From positions 17,495-81,494 of IMG/VR virus record IMGVR_UViG_3300022928_001147: 64,000 nt of DNA. One strand, given 5' to 3'. This document shows, piece after piece, positions 18,385 to 27,274 of the stretch. Every line of letters starts with the position of its first letter. Position 1 is the stretch's first letter. This stretch comes from a virus. The notes beneath the pieces are model-generated. The model did no database searches and was not told where the DNA came from. It worked only from the letters and a program-made list of their open reading frames with translations. The position numbers were made by a program, and so were the translations under genes.

Positions 18385-19519
18385 AATCTTTAAACCTCTC
18401 GTCGATATCTACTAAGTTAGTTTGGCGGACAGCATCTAAACTGTTATTAAATTCTTTAAATGCATTATACGCTTCCTCACTGTAGCTAACAGAATTAAGA
18501 AGCGACATAATATCATTTACATCATAATTATTATTATTTCCCCAAGCAGTTATATCAGCTTTTGCTTGCTCAAGATGTGCAGGAAGTACTGCACTTACTT
18601 CTGAAGTATAAGATTCACTTAGATCAAACATGGTACCAAAACTGTATCCGTTATCTTGTAATTCTTTAAACCAAGCCAACAAGTCAGTTATATGAAATAT
18701 ATTATATGGCATTAATACAATGTTAAAACCGTAATGTTTTGCCATGTCCTTTTTAAATATTTCTTCAATAGTTTTCTTTGTTTTGCTCCAATTTGCATTT
18801 GTTCTAACATATTCATAAGCTGCGCCAACAGCATCAATACTAAAGACTACATGGATGTCATCAAATTGTTCCATTATCTTTCTAAATTTAGAATTAAGAT
18901 TTGTACCATTAGTAGTAAAGCGCAATGATGGCAATTCAGTATAATTTTCTAAAATTGCCTCAAGAAATTCTACAACTAACGGATCAATAGTAGGTTCTCC
19001 ACCTAATATTTTAATCTGTTTTAATTGTATAGAACTTGTAAAATTTTTAAACTCGTCAAAGTTTTTTACAATTTTCTCCGGAGCAGTAAACCATTTTTGT
19101 AAATGAGCGTGTTGTTGAAATTCAGTAGTTATTTGACTACTTGCATTAGGCACACACATTCTGCATTTTAAGTTACAATGATTGCTGGGACGGTAGTCTA
19201 AAAACATTGGGCCCTTTGTTGTATTACCAAATTCAATATCAAGCTCTACATCAACTTTGCTGAAATGTTTATCCCATATCCATGTTTCGTCTTTAAGATT
19301 TTTTTCTACCTTATTTTTACAAAACTTACACTTATCAGGCCACTGCTGTGCAAGAAGTTGTTTGCGCATATCTTGCATCTCGTCACTTACCCAGTACTCA
19401 TCAGGAGTAAGTGTTTTATACTTTTCTTTTTTAGCTACACAACAGGGTGCATACTCATTATAGCCTGTCGAATACATTCCAATAAACGGAGCGTAGCATA
19501 GTGGCTTATCTTGGATCAT
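18377..19519 (-). CDS. Radical SAM protein, class A
   Basis: CYAPF...APCC...CKFC; core CNLKCRMC, LGGEPT, TTNG. Confidence 0.9.
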   Translation of the reverse strand: MIQDKPLCYAPFIGMYSTGYNEYAPCCVAKKEKYKTLTPDEYWVSDEMQDMRKQLLAQQWPDKCKFCKNKVEKNLKDETWIWDKHFSKVDVELDIEFGNTTKGPMFLDYRPSNHCNLKCRMCVPNASSQITTEFQQHAHLQKWFTAPEKIVKNFDEFKNFTSSIQLKQIKILGGEPTIDPLVVEFLEAILENYTELPSLRFTTNGTNLNSKFRKIMEQFDDIHVVFSIDAVGAAYEYVRTNANWSKTKKTIEEIFKKDMAKHYGFNIVLMPYNIFHITDLLAWFKELQDNGYSFGTMFDLSESYTSEVSAVLPAHLEQAKADITAWGNNNNYDVNDIMSLLNSVSYSEEAYNAFKEFNNSLDAVRQTNLVDIDERFKDYV

Positions 19520-20693
19520 ACTTGTCGAGTCCCATTTCTTGGAAACTATACTTCCAGTCTATTTTTCTTACAGCATCTAAGTCATCTAAATATTGCATTA
19601 ATGTTGTACCGTGCTCTTCCCACAAATCTTTTTCCATCATATGATTAATATAAAAAGGAAAATCTTCGCGGTCTCGCTCTTTAAAGTCATAATTATTAAT
19701 CTTGTTTAGTATAACATCTTTTATGTCTTTGGGCAAGTTCTGTGCGCTCATATGTATAGGCCATTCTACATGATTACAGAATAAAAACTTGATATTTGGA
19801 AATTCTTTTCGAATTATGTCATAAGTTTCTACAAGATAGAACATACTTACATTAGAACAAGTCCATTGTACACCTACATCGAAGTTAGGTTTTCCTTTAA
19901 TAAACTTATCTATTAATCGTAGCTGTTCAACATACACATCCCACTTAATTGGAAATCTAAAATATTCGCCTGCTCGCTCTAGTGCATCAACGCTTAAACG
20001 TAATACTACTGATTTAAACTTGCTCAACTGTTCCAATCTGTCTTCTGTAATTAATGTACCATTACTAACATATGCTAAATTTACATCTTTAGCATATTCT
20101 GTTTCAGATAAATCTTTTAAAAATTCATTATGTCGTTTATTAGCAAAACTTTCGCCGCCAAGAAAATTATAGCGTTTTGTTTGATGCCATGTATTCCGTA
20201 AATGGTTCCAAAAGCCGTGTTCTTGTTCGATCCATTTATTGTTAATTTGATAATTTTCAGTGTTAGGATACTTGTCTAATAGCGCCTTGTCTTCTTGCCA
20301 CTTGCTGCTTGCTCCTGTGCCACAGTGGATACATTTTAGATTACAAATCATACCAGTACGAACATCGATGTGAGGTGGCTCATATGGCACGCTTCCGTCA
20401 TCTGCTGTTTGATCTATAAGATGCTTATATTGATCATACCAAAATCCGTTTTCATCCATACGTTTACTAATGCCATCAAGACTTTCTACGTACTTACATC
20501 GCTTACAATTTTCAGGCCATTCGCCGTTTAAGAAATCTTTTCTAATTTCTTTAAAATATTCGCTGTTCCATTCAGTTGATATGTCACTGTCTTTAAGTTT
20601 TGTTGGAGTTTTTACGCCGCTGTAACCACATACTCGAGGTCGACCAAACGTATTAGTACTAAAATTTATCCAGGGAAGTATGCATGGTTTCAT
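19506..20693 (-). CDS. Radical SAM protein, class A (first gene of the long minus-strand operon)
   Basis: CILPW...RVC...CKRC; core CNLKCIHC, LGGES, SNG. Confidence 0.9.
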   Translation of the reverse strand: MKPCILPWINFSTNTFGRPRVCGYSGVKTPTKLKDSDISTEWNSEYFKEIRKDFLNGEWPENCKRCKYVESLDGISKRMDENGFWYDQYKHLIDQTADDGSVPYEPPHIDVRTGMICNLKCIHCGTGASSKWQEDKALLDKYPNTENYQINNKWIEQEHGFWNHLRNTWHQTKRYNFLGGESFANKRHNEFLKDLSETEYAKDVNLAYVSNGTLITEDRLEQLSKFKSVVLRLSVDALERAGEYFRFPIKWDVYVEQLRLIDKFIKGKPNFDVGVQWTCSNVSMFYLVETYDIIRKEFPNIKFLFCNHVEWPIHMSAQNLPKDIKDVILNKINNYDFKERDREDFPFYINHMMEKDLWEEHGTTLMQYLDDLDAVRKIDWKYSFQEMGLDKYDPR

Positions 20694-20698
20694 AATGA

Positions 20699-20727
20699 TA
20701 TTTATATGCGTAGTTTATATATAAGTA
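20699..20727. promoter_or_regulatory. Divergent T4-late-like promoter boxes
   Basis: Minus strand TATAAATA (20699-20706) 5 nt before ATG 20693; plus strand TATAAGTA (20720-20727) 5 nt before ATG 20733. Confidence 0.55.
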
Positions 20728-20732
20728 GTATT

Positions 20733-21587
20733 ATGAGAGACAGTGTAAACAGAGAATATACCGCAGAATGGTTGCAACATGAGCGACCGCAACCAATGTA
20801 TGATAGTGATATCAATAAATTTTATGATAATTTTTATCAAAATAATCCAGTACACACTCAAGACTTAGACAATATTTTTAAGTCTAAATTTACGCAATGG
20901 ATTAGTGATCACAAATTTAGTAAATTTGAAGGTCTAGATGCGTTTCCTAGACTAGATATTATAAATGGCTGTACACAATTCATTGACGATCTATATCAGC
21001 GATGCGGAACATTACAAATATTCGAAAACGATTACAAATATCACTGGCGATTAAATCCTAATATAGTATATACTACTATTGAGACATTAGATCCGTCTAA
21101 AGAATTGCTTATTTCAATGCCGTTTCCGTATTACGGAGACGAACACCCTGACATGCAAGCAATATTAAATGAATGCCAGCGACTGCATATTCCTGTACAC
21201 ATCGACGGTGCATGGATAAGTTGTATCCGCGACATTCATTTTAATTTTGATCATCCGGCTATTAAAACTGTAGGTATTAGTTTGAGTAAAGGTGGCATGG
21301 GCGGCAATCGTATAGGTGTAAGATATGCTAGAAACACGCCCGAAGGTGCTGTAACTATCATGAATGACTTTAATATGAACAGTCAGGCACTTGTTAGCAT
21401 GGGAATTAAGTTTATCGACGAGATAGGTCCTGAATACTTCTGGAGAAAGTATGAATTAGAGTATAAACAAATATTAGTTGACTTCAATCTAGAAGGTACA
21501 AAAGCAATACACTTAGCTAAATCTAAAGACGGAAAGCCAATTGGTGTTAGACCGTTGTTACGAGCATTAAAAACTAAAAAATTATAG
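20733..21587 (+). CDS. PLP-dependent enzyme, fold type I (aminotransferase/decarboxylase-like), compact
   Basis: VHIDGAW (PLP-binding Asp), SLSKG (Schiff-base Lys), RIG; ATG 20733 preferred. Confidence 0.7.
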   Translation: MRDSVNREYTAEWLQHERPQPMYDSDINKFYDNFYQNNPVHTQDLDNIFKSKFTQWISDHKFSKFEGLDAFPRLDIINGCTQFIDDLYQRCGTLQIFENDYKYHWRLNPNIVYTTIETLDPSKELLISMPFPYYGDEHPDMQAILNECQRLHIPVHIDGAWISCIRDIHFNFDHPAIKTVGISLSKGGMGGNRIGVRYARNTPEGAVTIMNDFNMNSQALVSMGIKFIDEIGPEYFWRKYELEYKQILVDFNLEGTKAIHLAKSKDGKPIGVRPLLRALKTKKL

Positions 21588-22619
21588 TTTCTCTACGGTG
21601 TGGTTTCCTATCGAAATACTATTTTTTGTGCAAGTCTGTGAACAACGTAGTAATCTATCTTTGCATCCCGTACCGTGTATTTCTGTTTGCCAGCTATCAT
21701 ACAAATCTTCAGTATAAAATTTAGAATTTAAAATATCGCTAAATGTATAATAGTGTACATTATTCCAATTCTTACCGTAGTTACCTTCAAACCGTTGCTT
21801 AGTTTCATCTAATGTTCCTAAATGTATCCAACTCGAATTATGTAAAAAACAGCACGGCCAGACGTTGCCGTTAAATCCAATAAAGTACATTGCAGATTCT
21901 CGAGAAAAACATTCTATCTTATTACCTGCACTTTTTTGTTCGGCTTTCACTATTAGTCGTTGCCAAGTTGGTTTCCATTCTGGACGTACAAAACCGTTAT
22001 CAATTTCTATTGCACTTACTGACTGTGCCCTATCATGTCTATATTTAAATGACCTAAAATTCATTTCTGCTGCTAATTCTTTTGCTTCTTCGATTTGATG
22101 TGCATTCCAATCGAATACAATATATTGCCACGCTGCATTGCCTCCTGCTGCTATAAAAGCAGCAGCATTTTCCATAATTTTGTTCCAGTTAGATCCCCGA
22201 CGGTATAAATGGTTAGTGTCAGACAATCCGTCTATATTAAATTTTACTTTAGAATGTGGTATATCTTTAGTTAGTTTTGCAACTTCTTTCCAAAATTCAG
22301 GAGTACGCAAACTTCCATTAGTATGTACATCTGCAGGTATTTCTTTTTTTCGTAAAAATTTTAACATATCTAAGAACTGAGGATGCATAGCAGGATCATC
22401 TATTGTTCCACAAAATTCTATTATTTCTAATTCATTACATACAGGGTCTTCAATTATGTCTTTAAACTTTTCTAAAGTCAAGAATTCGTTTTTAGGAATA
22501 AGAGGATTACCTTTCATGCTGTACGTTTGTTCGTCAGTTCTTGAACAGCCTGTACAGTTTAAATTACAGTTAGAACTAATTTCAAACTGCAATACTTTTG
22601 GTTTTCTTACATAATGCAT
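21582..22619 (-). CDS. Radical SAM protein, class C (C-terminal SPASM)
   Basis: CNLNCTGCSR, DDPAMHP, TNG, DGL..T...YR, WQYIVF.WN.HQ; C-terminal EC...WPCC...CSQTC. Confidence 0.9.
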   Translation of the reverse strand: MHYVRKPKVLQFEISSNCNLNCTGCSRTDEQTYSMKGNPLIPKNEFLTLEKFKDIIEDPVCNELEIIEFCGTIDDPAMHPQFLDMLKFLRKKEIPADVHTNGSLRTPEFWKEVAKLTKDIPHSKVKFNIDGLSDTNHLYRRGSNWNKIMENAAAFIAAGGNAAWQYIVFDWNAHQIEEAKELAAEMNFRSFKYRHDRAQSVSAIEIDNGFVRPEWKPTWQRLIVKAEQKSAGNKIECFSRESAMYFIGFNGNVWPCCFLHNSSWIHLGTLDETKQRFEGNYGKNWNNVHYYTFSDILNSKFYTEDLYDSWQTEIHGTGCKDRLLRCSQTCTKNSISIGNHTVEKL

Positions 22620-23683
22620 TATTTAAATTGCTCCGCAAACGGATCAAACTCAGCGCCGCATTTCATAGCACAGACTTTTAGTTTGCCATCACTGCAACTT
22701 GGTTTATTCCAACTGTCTTGTATCCTATCAAACACACCTGTAGCAAATACTTGTTCAAGACCGTTACGTGCATCGAGTGCTTCTTTGTCAATAAAGTTCC
22801 AAATCTGTTCTACTTTAGGATCCTTATGCCACCATTTGTACATGCGGCCAGCAGTCCAACAACATGGCATTGCAAGTCCTTCTGCTGTGATAAACAAACT
22901 GTTGTCTTTTTTAACTTTACAAATGACAGGAGCAGCATCATAATATGCATCCATGCTGCCGTATTTGTTAATAATTACGTCTTGTTTTTTTAATGCAGCA
23001 TTTTGATATTTTTCATCAGGTTTTTTAAGTTCAGCTGTATCATTACCTTTACGATCTTTAGCTTGATGATTATCTTTAGGATCAACTTTAGATGTTACAA
23101 AGCGACCTGTTTTCTTTTTTATAAACTTTTCGCAGCCCCATTCAGTAGCAAGGGCTTCTGCTTCTTCTACTTGATGCTGATTGTGTTCAAATATTAAAAA
23201 GTCCCAACGTGCTCTACCGCCAGCATCGATAAACGCTCGCATATTGCGTTCTACGTTGTCCCAATTAACACCTTGGCGATAGATGTGATTAGTATCCCTG
23301 AGGCCGTCAACGCTGAAAATAACAGCACCCATTCTACCAAAAGTAGCAGCCAATTCTCTCCACCATGTTTCATTTTTTGCTCCTGCATTTGTATTCATCG
23401 AGAGCCACATGTTAGGATTGTGTTCTCTAAAATATTTGAATATTTCAAGCGTATCACGAGCAACAATAGGATCACCTAAGTTACCGCACATATACATAGT
23501 ATTAAGTTGTTGTATAAACTCAGGAAGAAATATCTTTTTACAATCTTCTAGTGTAAGTTCATCTAAATTAATATGTGGATTTAATCCTTCTCCGTTCATA
23601 TTACGATCGCACATAGGACAACTAGCCTGACAATTTTGTGTAACTTCTAAGTGAATTGATCTTATGTCTTCGTAGTTATACAT
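22619..23683 (-). CDS. Radical SAM protein, class C
   Basis: CQASCPMCDR, GNLGDP, DGL..T...YR, WDFLIFEHNQHQ; C-terminal IC...MPCC...CAMKCG. Confidence 0.9.
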   Translation of the reverse strand: MYNYEDIRSIHLEVTQNCQASCPMCDRNMNGEGLNPHINLDELTLEDCKKIFLPEFIQQLNTMYMCGNLGDPIVARDTLEIFKYFREHNPNMWLSMNTNAGAKNETWWRELAATFGRMGAVIFSVDGLRDTNHIYRQGVNWDNVERNMRAFIDAGGRARWDFLIFEHNQHQVEEAEALATEWGCEKFIKKKTGRFVTSKVDPKDNHQAKDRKGNDTAELKKPDEKYQNAALKKQDVIINKYGSMDAYYDAAPVICKVKKDNSLFITAEGLAMPCCWTAGRMYKWWHKDPKVEQIWNFIDKEALDARNGLEQVFATGVFDRIQDSWNKPSCSDGKLKVCAMKCGAEFDPFAEQFK

Positions 23684-23713
23684 TCAGAACCTTCGTATTA
23701 AATAATATGCGCA

Positions 23714-23727
23714 CATAAATATTTATA
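23714..23727. promoter_or_regulatory. Palindromic back-to-back late-like promoter boxes
   Basis: ATAAATATTTAT (23715-23726) is a perfect palindrome giving CATAAATA on + and TATAAATA on -, between divergent genes. Confidence 0.55.
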
Positions 23728-23753
23728 GAAAACAAGTAGGATTTCAATTCATT

Positions 23754-24074
23754 ATGAATATATACACAATTTATGCTGACATAGTCGAAGGTAGTGATCC
23801 GAAGACTTTTGTGTTGAACATGAAAACGTTTTTAGATGCATTGCCTACTCTACAAGCATACAGAATTACTAGAATGAAACTAGGGTTCCGTAGTATGGAC
23901 TTACCTGAATTTAGAATTGATATGGAATTTTTAAATATGCAGGATCTAGACGATGCAATGACACATGTAATACGCAACGACAATGACATAGAAACCCATC
24001 ATGTAGCATTTAACAGTATGGTAGATATGGAAACTATTCAACATTTTTTATATAGGGATTATCCAGATGAGTAA
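23754..24074 (+). CDS. Small alpha/beta protein, DUF6614-like
   Basis: YRITRMKLGF...PEFRIDMEF...LDDA resembles that family from memory; function unknown. Confidence 0.5.
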   Translation: MNIYTIYADIVEGSDPKTFVLNMKTFLDALPTLQAYRITRMKLGFRSMDLPEFRIDMEFLNMQDLDDAMTHVIRNDNDIETHHVAFNSMVDMETIQHFLYRDYPDE

Positions 24075-25275
24075 AGTTAACAGTTGGGACGAGTTTCAAC
24101 CTTTACAAGAATTATTAGTAGGTAGCGTATACGACAGTTCATTCTTTGACGAGGTTAAAAATGTTAGAGCACGAGATGCTCTTAAAAAAATTATCGACGA
24201 CACGCAAGAAGATATTGATAACTTTATCGAAACTATGCACAGTCATAACATAAAAACTTATCAAGCAAGTCCTAAAGAATTGGGATATAAAGATAGTATT
24301 ATGGACTATGTTAACGAAGATGGAGAATTAGGGTACAAAAGAAACGTCGGTGATAGCAGTGAAGAAAAAGATGGATTTTGGAAAACTGGTGTGACACCTA
24401 GTTTAATTCCAAATCCTCCATTGCAGCCACGCGATGATGCAATCGTAATGGGCAATAAGTTAGTAGTAACAGATCCGTATACCTTTGCTACTAAAAAACT
24501 TATACCTAAATATATTGAGTGGTTTGGTGAAGAAAGTTTAGACTTGTCAATTGCAAATCAACAATATTCGTTTAAGCGCAGTGATAAAAATATGCGCAAT
24601 CTATTGTTAAGAAATAATATAGAGCCTACAGCAGAAAATATTTTAAAATACCAAAGCGAGCAAGACTGCCAATTAGGGTCCTTTTGCAGTCCAAACTTAA
24701 CAAGAATAGGCAAAACTTGTTTAGTTGATACTTGGCAGGTACCAGGAGTCATTGACGAATTTTTATCAATCGAACATCCAGAATTTAATTATAAACCTAT
24801 TTCAATTGGTGGCCATAATGATGCAGTGTTCAGTGTTATTAAACCTGGATTAGTTGTAGCAACACAGTATCTCGAACCGTACAAAGACATTTTTAAAGGC
24901 TGGGATATTATTTGGTTTGACGATCCGAGATGGGACCATGTTAAAAATTGGCTAAGACTTAAACACAAGAATCAAGGAAAATGGTGGGTGCCAGGAGAGG
25001 AAAGCAACGACGAGTTTACGCACTTCGTCGAAAGTTTCTTGCCTAATTGGACAGGCATGGTCGAAGAAACAATTTTCGATGTTAACTGTCTTGTAGTAGA
25101 CGATAAGCATGTTGTAGTAAACAGCGACAACCCTTACTTGTTAGAAAATTTACGCAAGCACAATATGGAACCTATTGTTTGTCCATTACGTCATAGATTT
25201 TTCTGGGACGGTGGATGGCACTGCTTAACCCTTGACATTAAACGTAAAGGTGGGCAAACTGACTATGGAGTCTGA
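24067..25275 (+). CDS. Amidinotransferase (glycine/inosamine-phosphate amidinotransferase-like, pentein fold)
   Basis: VNSWDEFQPLQELLVG, PRD, GHND, C-terminal GGWHCLT with the catalytic Cys. Confidence 0.85.
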   Translation: MSKVNSWDEFQPLQELLVGSVYDSSFFDEVKNVRARDALKKIIDDTQEDIDNFIETMHSHNIKTYQASPKELGYKDSIMDYVNEDGELGYKRNVGDSSEEKDGFWKTGVTPSLIPNPPLQPRDDAIVMGNKLVVTDPYTFATKKLIPKYIEWFGEESLDLSIANQQYSFKRSDKNMRNLLLRNNIEPTAENILKYQSEQDCQLGSFCSPNLTRIGKTCLVDTWQVPGVIDEFLSIEHPEFNYKPISIGGHNDAVFSVIKPGLVVATQYLEPYKDIFKGWDIIWFDDPRWDHVKNWLRLKHKNQGKWWVPGEESNDEFTHFVESFLPNWTGMVEETIFDVNCLVVDDKHVVVNSDNPYLLENLRKHNMEPIVCPLRHRFFWDGGWHCLTLDIKRKGGQTDYGV

Positions 25276-25750
25276 TATTTCATCATGGATTATAGATCGA
25301 CTGTCTGTTTCTCTTCCTACTTTTAATAACATGCCTGCTTGCCCATTTGCAAAGCAGGCATTATTAAGAAATCGAGTTAAAATTATTCAGCTTGATAATA
25401 AACATGATTTTGAAGCGCAGTTAGATAAATTAACAACTATGTGGCCTGAAGATATCGAAGTAGTAGTATTAGGCACGGCTCCAAATAACATTTCTTCAGA
25501 AGAATTAACAGAACTCACTGAAACAGCAAATTCTACATTTCTTAAACAAAGAGGGTATCTTGCATTAGAAGATCATCCTCAAGAATTAGAATATGTTGAA
25601 GACTTTTGTGTAAATGAAGGAAACTGGGCTCTTATATTATTGCAAGCAAGCTCTAAGATAACCGAAGCTCGAGAAGTGTTATCGAGTCGCGGATATTACA
25701 AGAATTGGGACGACGACTATTACAAGCAAGTTGTTTTAGAGAGGGCCTAA
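25265..25750 (+). CDS. Hypothetical protein, DUF1415-like
   Basis: PACPFAK and EDHP motifs; ATG 25265 overlaps the end of the amidinotransferase. Confidence 0.5.
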   Translation: MESDISSWIIDRLSVSLPTFNNMPACPFAKQALLRNRVKIIQLDNKHDFEAQLDKLTTMWPEDIEVVVLGTAPNNISSEELTELTETANSTFLKQRGYLALEDHPQELEYVEDFCVNEGNWALILLQASSKITEAREVLSSRGYYKNWDDDYYKQVVLERA

Positions 25751-26161
25751 TTCTTCATACCCTTGTATCATTGTCTTATAGTGTGCAACCTCTCCTAAGT
25801 ACAAGTATTCAACTCCCTTACTCTTGTAATATGCACATTCATGTTCTATACTTTTAATACCTAAATATAAATTCGGATTATGATAGGTCCAAGCAAATTG
25901 ATAGTCTTCTACATGTTTATCATTGTATATTCCAATCATGTTAAATGCTACTAATTCATTATTATCGTAATAGGCAATAATATCATTATTAAAATATTCT
26001 TTGTCGAAAATAGGCATAACACTCTCAAAGTTTTTATATTGACAGTATTTTTTATAGATGTTATTAAGCTGAACAACATCAATTTCATCTTTGCTTAAAA
26101 GTTTTGCGTTAGGCAAAAGGCTATAAGATGTTTCTTTTAAATTTATTCTACAGTATTTCAT
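25736..26161 (-). CDS. Arginyl/aminoacyl-tRNA-protein transferase C-terminal-like (GNAT fold)
   Basis: YYDNNELVAF...LGIKSIEHEC..YK..G..YLYLG...YK resembles the ATE_C/Bpt motif. Confidence 0.6.
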   Translation of the reverse strand: MKYCRINLKETSYSLLPNAKLLSKDEIDVVQLNNIYKKYCQYKNFESVMPIFDKEYFNNDIIAYYDNNELVAFNMIGIYNDKHVEDYQFAWTYHNPNLYLGIKSIEHECAYYKSKGVEYLYLGEVAHYKTMIQGYEELGPL

Positions 26162-27057
26162 TTATTTGTTTTGTAAATTTGAACATCTGTTCCACAAACA
26201 CAAGATGTTTTAGTGCAAATTTCAGGCGCAGTAGGTAATTTATAAGTCGAGTATATATTTCCATATGGTTTTACAATTTTACAAGTTGCTCCGTAAATGT
26301 TTCCATTTGGTTCAATATTTAAATTGTCTAATCCCATATTACATTTCCATCCAAAATAATTATTTGAACTGTTTATTAAATGTTCGCTTGTTGTTGTTTT
26401 TTCTCCATCGACAAGGAAATCGTATCTAATAATAGATCTAATTTTAGATCGCGAAAACTTGATTTTAGCAAACTCTAACATTTCCGTAGTATAAGTAGGC
26501 AATATGCCAGTTCCATTGTGCCAGTCAGCTATCAGTTTTATTCTAACATTTATAAGCAATTTAGATTCTAATAATCTATTATAAAACTTTTTAATTTTTT
26601 CAAATTGACTCGGTGGCATCATTAGTACACATGAAATTCTGTACCGTGTATGGAGTTCTTCAAATACTTCTATAAAATGATCTTCGCTTGCAGTTTCTGT
26701 ATGAAAACTAAATCCTAATTCGTCAATAGGAGCATTAAATTTTTTCCAATAGTTTAAAGTACGACTACCGTTAGTAGTAAAAATAATTGCAGTAGGTTGC
26801 TTACTTGAGTTTACAAGATCATCACAAAACTCATGCAGTTTAGGCCATAGTGTAGGTTCGCCGCCCATAATATCAAATATTAACGGACGATATTTTCTAA
26901 ATTCATTAGACAAGTTTAAAAGAGAAGTATAATCTTCTGTCCATCTATACTTTCCGTTGTAATGGTACTCTGTGCAATAACTACAAGAATAATTACAAAC
27001 TGTAGTGCAAGTGTAAGTAATACGCTTCCATTGAGGAATTATCTTAAGTTCATTCAT
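26158..27057 (-). CDS. Radical SAM protein, class B
   Basis: CNYSCSYC, MGGEPT, TTNGSR; C-terminal WKCNMG...TC...CTKTSCVC. Confidence 0.9.
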   Translation of the reverse strand: MNELKIIPQWKRITYTCTTVCNYSCSYCTEYHYNGKYRWTEDYTSLLNLSNEFRKYRPLIFDIMGGEPTLWPKLHEFCDDLVNSSKQPTAIIFTTNGSRTLNYWKKFNAPIDELGFSFHTETASEDHFIEVFEELHTRYRISCVLMMPPSQFEKIKKFYNRLLESKLLINVRIKLIADWHNGTGILPTYTTEMLEFAKIKFSRSKIRSIIRYDFLVDGEKTTTSEHLINSSNNYFGWKCNMGLDNLNIEPNGNIYGATCKIVKPYGNIYSTYKLPTAPEICTKTSCVCGTDVQIYKTNK

Positions 27058-27274
27058 CGAGTATTAACTTTATGTCTTTTCCTGGTCCAGTTTTGCTAGG
27101 CAAGTCACCGTATTGATCTACATACCAGCTAATAACAGCTTTGTACCAGTTTTGACTATTATGGTGTGCTTGTTTATTAAACTGCCAAATATTATTGTTT
27201 GTAGCTTGCATTGTACTTAGCGCTCTTGCACTTTCCTTTTGCAATTCTCGAAGTGTTAAATTACTTGTATCCAA
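27050..27274 (-). CDS. Small hypothetical protein (74 aa)
   Basis: Overlaps both neighbours in the operon; no recognisable motif. Confidence 0.7.
   Translation of the reverse strand: MDTSNLTLRELQKESARALSTMQATNNNIWQFNKQAHHNSQNWYKAVISWYVDQYGDLPSKTGPGKDIKLILDE

Noticed and set aside
13791-25275. 7-deazaguanine/archaeosine DNA modification pathway (QueC plus amidinotransferase)
   Set aside because: No FolE, QueD, QueE-type rSAM or DpdA in the window, and the amidinotransferase is pentein-fold rather than ArcS/QueF-like
3504-27057. Classical RiPP cluster
   Set aside because: No clear leader/core precursor, RRE/PqqD domain, peptidase or exporter was seen; the mini-ORFs are better explained as gene remnants. 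A precursor outside the window cannot be excluded
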